Virus record (IMG/VR): IMGVR_UViG_3300045988_112906
Source: a virus
Reading direction: 5' to 3' (one strand)
DNA: 64,000 bases
The translations under genes were made by a program, and so were the position numbers. Positions within the stretch are counted from its first letter, which is position 1. Each line of letters starts with the position of its first letter. The notes beneath the pieces were generated by a model, which was not told the origin of the DNA, ran no database searches, and was given only the letters and a program-made list of their open reading frames with translations. Below, piece after piece: positions 1-7,709 of this stretch.

Positions 1-121
1 TTGCATTGGAAAAGGAAGTGTCTGAAACAGACTATGTTAGAAATTTTGTTGTATGACCCCTAAGGGTGTACCAAATTAAGAAAATAAGGCGTAATCACAG
101 CTTAAATTTCTAGAAGTAGAA

Positions 122-163
122 CGGATGTAACTTCCTATTAATTAGGTAGTTATATCCGTTTTT
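122..163 (+). terminator. Hairpin plus T5 run (rho-independent terminator-like)
   Basis: cGGATGTAACTTCCTA-ttaat-TAGGTAGTTATATCCg (13/15 arm match) followed by ttttt. Confidence 0.45.
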
Positions 164-340
164 GCATTTATTGGCTGATAACAGATTGATAACATCGGAA
201 TATAGACGTGTCGTAGAATCGTTTACGTGGCAATCTCTGCAATAAGCTGATACATAGTTCGTTCGGCATTCCTTTAGAAATGTTAAATCGAAGTGGGTTA
301 CTAATATGTTATCACCTGCTTGTAAAAATGTTATCAACTT

Positions 341-1477
341 ATGGGCGTAATTAATTTAAGTGTTATTCACAATCGTCTCCACCGAGGTACTGCACAGAAG
401 GCAGTTTCGGTAGAATTGAGGTTCACTTGTGGAGGTAAGCGAAAGTACTTCTCTACGGGTGTGAAAGTGTGTCCGGCTCAATGGTCGGATAGCAGTAAGC
501 GTGTCATTCGCTGCAAGGAGTCTGACTTGTACAACAAGCAGATTGATGCCATACTGGAGAGGGCAAACGATGTTGTCATCAAGATGAACTCCAAGGGCAT
601 TACTGATTTGGATCAGATTCCTGCCCTTATGCAGGGTGCTGCCAACAAATCCCTAGACTTCATTGCCTACTGCGAGAAGCGCTCCCGAGAGCGCAAGGTA
701 AGCGACCATACCAAGAGAAGATACAAGGTCTTCACCGACTTCTTGAAGACGTATGGCAAAATCAAGGAGTTCTCCGACATCAATATTTCCAAGGTTCGTG
801 AGCTTGATGAGTATCTTCACAAAAAAGGATTGGAGCAGAGTACCGTATATTGCTATCACAAGTACTTGAAGCTGTTCGTGCGTGATGCCTGCATAGATGA
901 TTTGATAGACAAGAATCCGTATAACCATCTGCCTTTCAAGATTGAGAAGGGCGATAAGCAGTTTGTTGACTGCCTGCCGATAGACAAGTTCGAGAGCATC
1001 AAGCGCCTTCACTTGCAGTACGACTACCTTGCAAAAGCTCGAGACCTCTTCTTGATGCAGTGCTATACCGGCTTGGCTTACTCCGACTTGATGGCATTCG
1101 ATTTCACCAAGTGCAAGCAGGCAGACGGCAAGTACTACTACCACGCCAAGCGTGTGAAGACTGATACAGACTTCACCTTCCAGCTACTGGCTGGAGCGGT
1201 CTCCGTGCTCAAGAAGTACAACTTCAAGCTGCCCTGCATCAGCAATCAGAAGTACAACGAATATCTGAAGGTAATCGGAATGATGGTCAACGTGCCAAAT
1301 CTGCACTCCCACATGGGCAGGGCTACGGCTGCAACCTTGTTTCTCTCGTTCGGAATGCCGCTGAACGTGGTGGCTAAGGTGCTCGGGCATACCAATATCC
1401 GACAGACCCAAAGATATGCCCGAACGCTCAACAAGGACGTTTACTCAGCATTTGATAACATAGATGGCAAATTCTGA
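341..1477 (+). CDS. int: Tyrosine recombinase / phage integrase
   Basis: 378 aa. The C-terminal HSHMGRATAATL...LGHTNIRQTQRYA fits the H-x-x-R...Y catalytic box of tyrosine recombinases. Length and N-terminal region are typical of Bacteroidota phage/CTn integrases. Confidence 0.9.
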   Translation: MGVINLSVIHNRLHRGTAQKAVSVELRFTCGGKRKYFSTGVKVCPAQWSDSSKRVIRCKESDLYNKQIDAILERANDVVIKMNSKGITDLDQIPALMQGAANKSLDFIAYCEKRSRERKVSDHTKRRYKVFTDFLKTYGKIKEFSDINISKVRELDEYLHKKGLEQSTVYCYHKYLKLFVRDACIDDLIDKNPYNHLPFKIEKGDKQFVDCLPIDKFESIKRLHLQYDYLAKARDLFLMQCYTGLAYSDLMAFDFTKCKQADGKYYYHAKRVKTDTDFTFQLLAGAVSVLKKYNFKLPCISNQKYNEYLKVIGMMVNVPNLHSHMGRATAATLFLSFGMPLNVVAKVLGHTNIRQTQRYARTLNKDVYSAFDNIDGKF

Positions 1478-1528
1478 TATCATCCTTGATAACATCACTC
1501 TATCTAACTCGTTGTGCTGCAAATGAAT

Positions 1529-1556
1529 AAAGGGTAGCCATTTCTGACTACCCTTT
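1529..1556. terminator. Bidirectional hairpin between convergent int and the 1548..1958 gene
   Basis: AAAGGGTAG-N10-CTACCCTTT, followed by tgctgtttt on the + strand. Confidence 0.5.
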
Positions 1557-1958
1557 GCTGTTTTCTTCTCGCTCTCGCTTCTCTCTGATGGCTTGTCTTA
1601 TCCATTCAGCCTTGTTTCTTCCTAGAGACTCGCAAAAGTCGAAGGTTTCTTCATTCACATGCAGTACTACCCGATTCGTAAGGGCTTCAGCGCCCTTGCT
1701 CGGTGCTCCTGCTCGGTCTCTCCGTCCGCCCCACCCTGGATGCAGATTCTTAGCTGGTACAATCTTGTGCTTGCGGTTGTACTCGAACTTCATCACAAGT
1801 TTGCTGCCTGCCCATACTTCCACCATTTCTGCATCTAGGGTTTGGTTTAGGTTCTGCTTGGCGATTCCTGCGAGCTGCTCCTTATCTTCGAAAAGGGTAT
1901 CGCTCTCGTCAAGTATTCCCACATCGTCATACACGATGATTCTTGCCTTCTTTTCCAT
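1548..1958 (-). CDS. Hypothetical protein (136 aa)
   Basis: ORF track. An AGGAAGGAG-like sequence precedes the ATG. First gene after the convergent terminator. No motif recognised. Confidence 0.6.
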   Translation of the reverse strand: MEKKARIIVYDDVGILDESDTLFEDKEQLAGIAKQNLNQTLDAEMVEVWAGSKLVMKFEYNRKHKIVPAKNLHPGWGGRRDRAGAPSKGAEALTNRVVLHVNEETFDFCESLGRNKAEWIRQAIREKREREENSKG

Positions 1959-1970
1959 ATCTCCTTCCTC

Positions 1971-2039
1971 TTATCCTAGTATTGCCATCAGTATTGTAAA
2001 CAGAAAGATGAAGAGCACAAACCATTCCTGCTTTGTCAT
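1971..2039 (-). CDS. Possible 22-aa hydrophobic peptide (MTKQEWFVLFIFLFTILMAILG)
   Basis: Hand-translated; below the ORF-track cut-off. ATGA overlap with the stop of the 2036..2308 gene. Fills the gap to the next gene. Confidence 0.3.
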   Translation of the reverse strand: MTKQEWFVLFIFLFTILMAILG

Positions 2040-2308
2040 TTCTTACCTCCTTCCTCGATTACTCCTATCGGCTTGATGTCGTTAACTGTCTCATCCTCGG
2101 TGAAGAAAGAAACCTTCATGCTATCGCTAACATAGCCCATAGCAATCACGTTCTCTCGGCTATCCTTGATGATGCAAATATCACCTCTCACCTCGTTCTG
2201 AGTCTTCAAATACTTCACTGCGGCATCCTTCACCGCCAAAGGATTCATTTCCTTTGTAATCGTCTCCCCTGACTGAGGGAAGACGAAATAAAATAACTGC
2301 TTGTTCAT
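2036..2308 (-). CDS. Hypothetical protein (90 aa)
   Basis: ORF track. 4-nt overlap with the upstream gene on the same strand. Confidence 0.6.
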   Translation of the reverse strand: MNKQLFYFVFPQSGETITKEMNPLAVKDAAVKYLKTQNEVRGDICIIKDSRENVIAMGYVSDSMKVSFFTEDETVNDIKPIGVIEEGGKK

Positions 2309-2670
2309 ACTGCTATCTGTTTCTGTTTTGTTTGAAATCTGATTAATATGCTGCGTGTGTCCAAATCGAAGTAGGCATCTTTCTGCTCATTAAAGCTGAC
2401 CCAGCCTTCTTTTCTGTACTTCACACCATCGGTCTGCATAAGTGCGTTGCAAATGGTGTCGCTCCACTTGTAAGTTAGAGCAAACTGCTCTTTGCGCATT
2501 ATCACGATACAAGCTCCCAAGAAGGTCACTTCTGTTACTTCTCCACCAACATAACCGCAATAACTTTGCTTCTCATCGCCAATTTTGCTAACACAATTCT
2601 TGCCGAATATACGTGAGAGGGCTACTTCTTTCGTCTCCTCATCAAGCATTTCCAATTTTCTCTTTGCCAT
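2305..2670 (-). CDS. Hypothetical protein (121 aa)
   Basis: ORF track. Start overlaps the stop of the upstream gene. Confidence 0.6.
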   Translation of the reverse strand: MAKRKLEMLDEETKEVALSRIFGKNCVSKIGDEKQSYCGYVGGEVTEVTFLGACIVIMRKEQFALTYKWSDTICNALMQTDGVKYRKEGWVSFNEQKDAYFDLDTRSILIRFQTKQKQIAV

Positions 2671-2939
2671 TACTTCACTTCTTTTTCTGTTAATACTAAC
2701 TCATCGAACATTGGGCTATCCTTGCAGGAGCAGCACCACGATGCTTCTTCCTCGTCTTCGGTCACCTCATAGTTATCGGGATATTCTTCCTTGTAGAAGC
2801 CTAGGATCTCATCCTTTTTCTCCTGCATTCTCTCTTTTGCTGCGGTCTTGGTGTGGAAGACTCCGGCAACATCAACGCTAGAATAGTCTTGGTTGTCGTT
2901 GCCGTGCTGAACCAATACGAATACTTTCTGCTTTTTCAT
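2670..2939 (-). CDS. Hypothetical acidic protein (89 aa)
   Basis: ORF track; tight packing. Confidence 0.6.
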   Translation of the reverse strand: MKKQKVFVLVQHGNDNQDYSSVDVAGVFHTKTAAKERMQEKKDEILGFYKEEYPDNYEVTEDEEEASWCCSCKDSPMFDELVLTEKEVK

Positions 2940-2940
2940 A

Positions 2941-3114
2941 TTACTCGCCCTCCTTCTCTTCTACGTCAAATATAACACTTTCCAACTCGCCATTCTCCAA
3001 AGCACCCAAATCGTACAAACGTCTTGCGGCATTCTCTGCGTCTTCGGATGATGCTGCGTCTAGCGAAACCTTGTAGGTAATTTTCTCTACAATCTCTACT
3101 ACATACTTTTTCAT
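2941..3114 (-). CDS. Hypothetical small protein (57 aa, MKKYVVEIVEKITYKV...)
   Basis: Hand-translated. ATG start preceded by AAAGGAAAGGA. Its stop abuts the next start codon by 1 nt. Replaces the implausible 2966..3166 track ORF. Confidence 0.5.
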   Translation of the reverse strand: MKKYVVEIVEKITYKVSLDAASSEDAENAARRLYDLGALENGELESVIFDVEEKEGE

Positions 3115-3220
3115 ATAAAATCCTTTCCTTTAAAATTAATACTAGGGGGCGGATGGTACTTTGCAACCATCTGTAGCGGCTTCTACCGCATTCGCCCTAT
3201 ATAAACAACTAGCAACAACT

Positions 3221-3391
3221 TCACTTGATGCGCTCTAGGCAAGTACTCTTGCTTGTCAGCTTCCCATTCGTAAGATAATAGCTCTCACGGAATGGGGTCT
3301 GTCTGATTACAAATGTTGTCTTGGCTCTGTACATATTGCCGAACCTATCAACATACGTTGCTCCCTTGAAGAATTTGATTACTATTACCAT
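3221..3391 (-). CDS. Hypothetical small protein (56 aa, MVIVIKFFKGATYV...)
   Basis: Hand-translated. The ATG lies 4 nt after the stop of the 3396..4034 gene. Confidence 0.4.
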   Translation of the reverse strand: MVIVIKFFKGATYVDRFGNMYRAKTTFVIRQTPFRESYYLTNGKLTSKSTCLERIK

Positions 3392-3395
3392 ATCC

Positions 3396-4034
3396 TTAGT
3401 CCTGCATTAAGTTAGCTACAAGTTCATCCGTGGTTGCGAATATCTCTTCGAGGTCTCTAGTCAGATAGCCACCTTTCTTCGTCTTCAGCACTACGTGAGC
3501 GTGCATCTTCAAAGAATTGATTTTTTTGATAATCTGTTCTCTTTGAAATCCTATCTTTGGTGTTCTGCCGTTTGTGAAGTAGTACCCAATGTTGTAGTAC
3601 AACTGCTCTGCAATATCACCATAGAGAGCGTTTGCCGCATCGTCTCCCAAACTTCCTTGTGCTAGGGAAAGATAGACGATTTCGCCTTCCACTATCTTGT
3701 TTTCGTGCATAGTGTAAACGTGCTGATGGAGATAGAAATCGCATAGTAAGTTCGTCTTGGCATTTCTCTGCACACACCAGTCGTTTGCGAGGGTCATACA
3801 AGCGTAAACCTCCTTGCCATCTGCGAGGTCTTTGGCGATGCGGTCGAACATTTCCTGCTCGGTTGGCTCTCGCTCTTCTCCGCTCTCTTCATTTATTACC
3901 TCATATTCGTAACCTAGTCCGTCTTTGTTCAACAAATTAAGTCCTGCGGCTTGCGCCTTTACAACATCTTGGATAGTATGAACCTCAATACCTACCAAAT
4001 TGTCACTCATTCTAACTGCGTTCTCTGCTTTCAT
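3396..4034 (-). CDS. Hypothetical protein (212 aa)
   Basis: ORF track; no motif recognised. Confidence 0.65.
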   Translation of the reverse strand: MKAENAVRMSDNLVGIEVHTIQDVVKAQAAGLNLLNKDGLGYEYEVINEESGEEREPTEQEMFDRIAKDLADGKEVYACMTLANDWCVQRNAKTNLLCDFYLHQHVYTMHENKIVEGEIVYLSLAQGSLGDDAANALYGDIAEQLYYNIGYYFTNGRTPKIGFQREQIIKKINSLKMHAHVVLKTKKGGYLTRDLEEIFATTDELVANLMQD

Positions 4035-4061
4035 AATCTTATCTCCTATTCTTTAAATTTG

Positions 4062-4355
4062 TTACTTGTTCTTGCTAATAATCTTGTCTATCTCTGCCTG
4101 CTGCGGATAGTCGGTGCAGTCGGCAAAATCTTCCTGCTCCTCATAGAAACGTGCTGCGTTCTTCAATTCGTGAAGGCTGGCTTTGGTGTAGTCCTTTGCC
4201 GGATTCACTTGGCGAAGATTCTCGCAAGTTCTGCAATACTCGATGAAGTCCACAAGCGATTGTTTCTCCTTGCTATCGTCCTGCGTTCCTGCTGCCATAA
4301 GTGGTAGGGCAACTATCGCTGCCACTACCAAAGCTATCTTAATGCTCTTCTTCAT
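4062..4355 (-). CDS. Small secreted protein (97 aa)
   Basis: N-terminal signal-like MKKSIKIALVVAAIVALPLMAAG. Confidence 0.6.
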   Translation of the reverse strand: MKKSIKIALVVAAIVALPLMAAGTQDDSKEKQSLVDFIEYCRTCENLRQVNPAKDYTKASLHELKNAARFYEEQEDFADCTDYPQQAEIDKIISKNK

Positions 4356-4362
4356 TGTCTTA

Positions 4363-4701
4363 TCAGTTTTTATATGTTATGTCAACGATATAGGGTAAAG
4401 CGTGTTGCGGCTTGTTGTCCTCGTTTGTGTACTCGAATTGATGAGAGACCTTTAAGTAGCAAGAATTGTATTGTGAATAGTACTTCTTGATGGTCTTCTC
4501 TATCATATCTTTGCCTATCTGTTCACTACGCTCTATCTTCCAATAGTGGATGAATTTCTTATCCCATACGTTGTTTGCTGTGTCATATCTGTTAGCAATT
4601 GCCACAAGTCCGAAATCGGGATTGAAGAAGAACATCTTACTACCTGTAAAAATAGCGTCTATTCGGTTGCGTGCCGTCTTTGTTACTCTTATTACTTCCA
4701 T
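4363..4701 (-). CDS. Hypothetical protein (112 aa)
   Basis: ORF track. Confidence 0.6.
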   Translation of the reverse strand: MEVIRVTKTARNRIDAIFTGSKMFFFNPDFGLVAIANRYDTANNVWDKKFIHYWKIERSEQIGKDMIEKTIKKYYSQYNSCYLKVSHQFEYTNEDNKPQHALPYIVDITYKN

Positions 4702-4702
4702 A

Positions 4703-4792
4703 CTACTCGTCCTCCATATCTTTAGCGTCTCTGATTCTGTACCCTGCTAATGCTCCAAACAAGGCGCATAGCAAATAAATTGTAATGTCCAT
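4703..4792 (-). CDS. Possible 29-aa membrane peptide (MDITIYLLCALFGALAGYRIRDAKDMEDE)
   Basis: Hand-translated. Preceded by the same AAAGAAAGGA leader seen before the 3114 start. Its stop lies 1 nt before the next ATG. Confidence 0.3.
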   Translation of the reverse strand: MDITIYLLCALFGALAGYRIRDAKDMEDE

Positions 4793-4882
4793 AACTTAAA
4801 TCCTTTCTTTTAAATGTTTATACTAGTGCGGTCTCTAGACTTGAACTAGATGTGCTCCTCTATTCGCTGACCGCTACCAATT

Positions 4883-5128
4883 TTACTTCTTGCCAAAGTT
4901 GAAGATTCTAACAAACTTGTAGAACGTCTTGAGGTCGCAAAGGTAGAAGAGATCTTGCAAGATGTATTCCTTGCACTCTCTGTTACACTCTCTGTAGGTC
5001 TCCTGCATCTGCTTTGCGGTCTCGTTGCCACATTCAAGCCAATACAGAAAGATGGCTCCTAAACTCTCATAGTCGTTACTACCATCATAGTACTTCTTCT
5101 GCTGCTCGTAAGTCTTGTTCTTTCTCAT
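4883..5128 (-). CDS. Hypothetical protein (81 aa)
   Basis: ORF track. Confidence 0.55.
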   Translation of the reverse strand: MRKNKTYEQQKKYYDGSNDYESLGAIFLYWLECGNETAKQMQETYRECNRECKEYILQDLFYLCDLKTFYKFVRIFNFGKK

Positions 5129-5167
5129 AATCTTGTAGTATTGTGGTGGGGATTGCTCCCCACCTAG

Positions 5168-5425
5168 TTAGTTACTCTTCTTCTCTTCTAACTCAAAGCC
5201 CTTCTTGATTCCTTTGAGATACATTTCTGCTTGCTCAAAGGTGTAGCTAGTCCACGTCTCCAATCCGTCCTCGTAAATGTCAATACATTCGTCCTCGGCT
5301 TGTGGAGTGCTCTTAAGCGATATGAAATCATATCCAACGTGGGTGTTGATTTCCTTAACTGATGTATTCAAGTAGTTAATGTCCTGCTCGCTTACATCTA
5401 CCATATTCTCGTTATACTTCAACAT
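5168..5425 (-). CDS. Hypothetical acidic protein (85 aa)
   Basis: ORF track. Confidence 0.55.
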   Translation of the reverse strand: MLKYNENMVDVSEQDINYLNTSVKEINTHVGYDFISLKSTPQAEDECIDIYEDGLETWTSYTFEQAEMYLKGIKKGFELEEKKSN

Positions 5426-5436
5426 AATCGTATCTT

Positions 5437-5622
5437 TTAATTATTCAACCATCTAGTATCTGTGATTCTCGTTTGTGCGCCTGCAACTCTGTATTCAGCC
5501 GCATCTTTCTTCACTTGGGAGTATGATGTTTCCTTTTTGTCGTAAACACTCTCCTGTTCCCATCCATAGCCGTAGTTAGTCCAGATTGCCCAACCATAGC
5601 AGTATTTATTCTTCTTTGCCAT
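5437..5622 (-). CDS. Hypothetical Trp/Tyr-rich protein (61 aa)
   Basis: ORF track. Confidence 0.5.
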   Translation of the reverse strand: MAKKNKYCYGWAIWTNYGYGWEQESVYDKKETSYSQVKKDAAEYRVAGAQTRITDTRWLNN

Positions 5623-5628
5623 AATCTC

Positions 5629-5802
5629 TTAATCATTAATCTTGTTAACTAATTCTTGCATGCTAGCAAGTTTGTTTAATGTCTGCGAAGATAGGTTAAT
5701 ACCGCATATCTTCGCTGAGTTCTTGATATTCATCGCCTTATCTAGTAAAGCGAGAGTGATGATGCAAATCTCATCGCTCGTTAGTGTTATTGTCTTGTCC
5801 AT
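5629..5802 (-). CDS. Hypothetical small protein (57 aa, MDKTITLTSDEICII...)
   Basis: Hand-translated. Same strand as its neighbours. More plausible than the antisense track ORF 5642..6016. Confidence 0.45.
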   Translation of the reverse strand: MDKTITLTSDEICIITLALLDKAMNIKNSAKICGINLSSQTLNKLASMQELVNKIND

Positions 5803-5820
5803 TGCCTCGAAATGTTTGGC

Positions 5821-5870
5821 GTGGGGAGGGGCGTTAGCCCCGTGGGGGCGCTGCCCCCTTATCTCCCCGA
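5821..5870. repeat. GC-rich structured element, copy A
   Basis: GGGGAG-[GGGC gtta GCCC]-[GGGGGC gct GCCCCC]-ttat-CTCCCC. A second copy lies at 7291..7340. Confidence 0.7.
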
Positions 5871-5874
5871 GTTA

Positions 5875-6042
5875 TTACTTTGTCCTTTCACTCATTTCAA
5901 ACACCCAGTGTAACAATCCGAACTGGTTACTCTTATTGCAGAGTTTAGCAAATGTATCTGCATCTTCCCATTTGTCGAATTGTCCGACAACATCGGGGGT
6001 GAAATTATTGCGATAATCCTTGATAACTAAAAATCTTTTCAT
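5875..6042 (-). CDS. Hypothetical small protein (55 aa, MKRFLVIKDYRNNF...)
   Basis: Hand-translated; ATG start; same strand as its neighbours. Confidence 0.45.
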   Translation of the reverse strand: MKRFLVIKDYRNNFTPDVVGQFDKWEDADTFAKLCNKSNQFGLLHWVFEMSERTK

Positions 6043-6133
6043 TGTGTTGTTGCTATTAAATTGTTAAACATTAAAGTGCAGGTGTACGTTTGCTCCCAAC
6101 GTTCACAAGCTATATGTGACCTAGCTCCCTCAC

Positions 6134-6379
6134 TTAACGTTCGTGGGTCAACGTGTTTCGATATTTCTCTAGTCTAACACGACTAGCGTTTTTCCATCTT
6201 GCGTGATGAGTGTTTGAGGCTCCTTTGCCTTTGTGCTTTGAGAGTGCCACTAACTCGGTGTACGTTGTCCTCGGTGTGTTACAGAGTTCTACCTCTCCGT
6301 ATTGCTGACTAACACTATTTATATAGCGGTTGTTTCTCATCAATTCACTAATGTGCCATCGCTCCGCTTTGGAAACCAA
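6134..6379 (-). CDS. Possible small basic protein at the switch (start uncertain: TTG at 6379, or first ATG 13 codons in)
   Basis: ORF track. Lies downstream of the minus-strand TACTTTTG box at 6399..6406, divergent from the XRE gene. Confidence 0.35.
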   Translation of the reverse strand: MVSKAERWHISELMRNNRYINSVSQQYGEVELCNTPRTTYTELVALSKHKGKGASNTHHARWKNASRVRLEKYRNTLTHER

Positions 6380-6398
6380 ACCAACTTGATTTCGAGTG

Positions 6399-6406
6399 CA
6401 AAAGTA
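6399..6406 (-). promoter_or_regulatory. Bacteroidota -7 box TACTTTTG (leftward switch promoter)
   Basis: Exact TAnnTTTG match on the minus strand, about 20 nt upstream of the 6379 start. Confidence 0.5.
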
Positions 6407-6440
6407 GTGTTTTATTGTTACACTACAAAATTTTAAGGTA

Positions 6441-6473
6441 GTATTTTAACACTTCAAGTATGTATTTTAACAC
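6441..6473. promoter_or_regulatory. Direct repeat GTATTTTAACAC x2 (candidate operators)
   Basis: Copies at 6441..6452 and 6462..6473, 21 bp centre to centre, in the divergent intergenic region. Confidence 0.45.
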
Positions 6474-6560
6474 AATTAACATACCATTACATAAAAATCA
6501 TATAATTAGTACTATAACATTACTTTTCTCTAAAAATTTGGTAGTATCAAAATATTTATG

Positions 6561-6568
6561 TAACTTTG
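6561..6568 (+). promoter_or_regulatory. Bacteroidota -7 box TAACTTTG (rightward switch promoter)
   Basis: Exact TAnnTTTG match 33 nt upstream of the 6601 ATG. The 11-bp repeat TATAACATTAC (6513..6523 and 6579..6589) has its second copy between this box and the ATG. Confidence 0.55.
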
Positions 6569-6600
6569 CAACGAATATTATAACATTACATTGAATATTT

Positions 6601-6897
6601 ATGGATATAGCTAAGGTAATAAAGCAAAAGGGCTTTACACAAAAGCAAGTGTCTGATGCCCTCGGCATTAATAGGGTAAACCTAAATAATATGATTAATG
6701 GCAACCCAACGTATAAGACTATGCGCCAAGTTGCTGACGTGATAGGTGCAAACGTGAGTGAGTTCTTCGAGGATGAAGTAAAGAGACCTAACGAGGATTT
6801 CGCTAGCTTCATCCGTTACAAAGGCATTCACTATACTGCCGACACTTTGGAGGAGTTCTTTAAACAAGTTGAAGAGATAAAAACAATAGCAAGATGA
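6601..6897 (+). CDS. XRE/Cro-CI family helix-turn-helix regulator
   Basis: The N-terminal GFTQKQVSDALGINRVNLNNMINGN is a classic HTH_3-type motif. Divergent arrangement around an AT-rich operator region. Confidence 0.85.
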   Translation: MDIAKVIKQKGFTQKQVSDALGINRVNLNNMINGNPTYKTMRQVADVIGANVSEFFEDEVKRPNEDFASFIRYKGIHYTADTLEEFFKQVEEIKTIAR

Positions 6898-7271
6898 AGA
6901 AAGGATGTTGTATAGCTTTCTCTATAGGCTTTATTCCCTTGGCTCTGCTATTCTGGGGATTGCTTAAAGATGTGGAGGAAAATGGCGCAGTTTATGGCTT
7001 ACTAGATATAGCGGAGGGAGTTCTCGTTATATTTGTGATTATATTAGTACTGGCTTTATTTGGGTTGTTCGTTGGGTATATCCCTCATAGGGCAGGTAAA
7101 TATGTAAAGAAACTGCCAACGTGGTTGCAAAATTTAATAATTGTAGCTTATACTGGGTTAGTTCTATACCTTGCCTATTTATTCGTTAATGGTGTTGGCT
7201 CTTCGGAAGAAACCTATAGAAACTATAAGTTTCAAAAGAAGTTTGAGCACAAGTATAATGTAGATCTCTAG
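6894..7271 (+). CDS. Small integral membrane protein (3 predicted TM), translationally coupled to the XRE gene
   Basis: ATGA overlap with the regulator gene. Three long hydrophobic stretches. Position is analogous to repressor-linked exclusion genes (inference). Confidence 0.65.
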   Translation: MKKGCCIAFSIGFIPLALLFWGLLKDVEENGAVYGLLDIAEGVLVIFVIILVLALFGLFVGYIPHRAGKYVKKLPTWLQNLIIVAYTGLVLYLAYLFVNGVGSSEETYRNYKFQKKFEHKYNVDL

Positions 7272-7290
7272 GGCGCCAGCCCCACACGGC

Positions 7291-7340
7291 ATGGGGAGGG
7301 CGCTTGCGCCCGTGGGGGCGCTGCCCCCTTATCTCCCCCG
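7291..7340. repeat. GC-rich structured element, copy B
   Basis: Same outer stem and second hairpin as copy A. The first hairpin differs in sequence (GGCG cttg CGCC) but is still self-complementary. Confidence 0.7.
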
Positions 7341-7693
7341 AGGATTTTACTCTCCCTTCTCCATCCACCTACAGAGAGACACACACATAAGAGAGAAGAG
7401 AGAGAAGAACACACCACATAACACATCACGCAACACTCACACAACACGACACAACACCTTTGCCTGCAAACCTTGCAAATCCTGCACGAAACCTCGAAAA
7501 CTACGAAAAACCCACAAAATCAGCCCTAAAATGCCACAAAACGGCTCTTATATGGCTCAAAACTCACGAATTTGGGAGAAATCCCGACCATCTGCCCGAA
7601 AATCGCAAAAATCAGCGAAAATGTATTGAGTTAGCCTTGATTGTACCTGCATAACATTCAAATACAGCGTTAAATCTTCTTAAAGCCTACCTT

Positions 7694-7709
7694 GTGCGCA
7701 CGTGCGTAC
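7694..7709. promoter_or_regulatory. Near-perfect 16-bp palindrome GTGCGCACGTGCGTAC
   Basis: 14/16 symmetric. GC-rich, within an AT-rich non-coding region. Confidence 0.4.

Noticed and set aside
110-337. 75-aa minus-strand ORF upstream of int
   Set aside because: It covers the hairpin terminator and the TTGATAACAT sites. This region is more likely regulatory or att DNA.
2966-3166. 66-aa minus-strand track ORF
   Set aside because: A different frame (2941..3114) gives an ATG-initiated 57-aa protein that abuts the next gene and has a conserved leader. The track ORF is Arg/Cys-rich and poorly placed.
5642-6016. 124-aa plus-strand track ORF
   Set aside because: It runs against the surrounding minus-strand block and spans the GC-rich intergenic element. 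Two minus-strand small ORFs explain the region better.
7291-7629. 112-aa plus-strand ORF (and the overlapping 7460..7654 ORF) in the large intergenic region
   Set aside because: The translation is low-complexity His/Thr/Lys/Pro/Arg produced by the A/C-rich tract. It starts inside the GC-rich structured element and has no promoter box. It is treated as non-coding.
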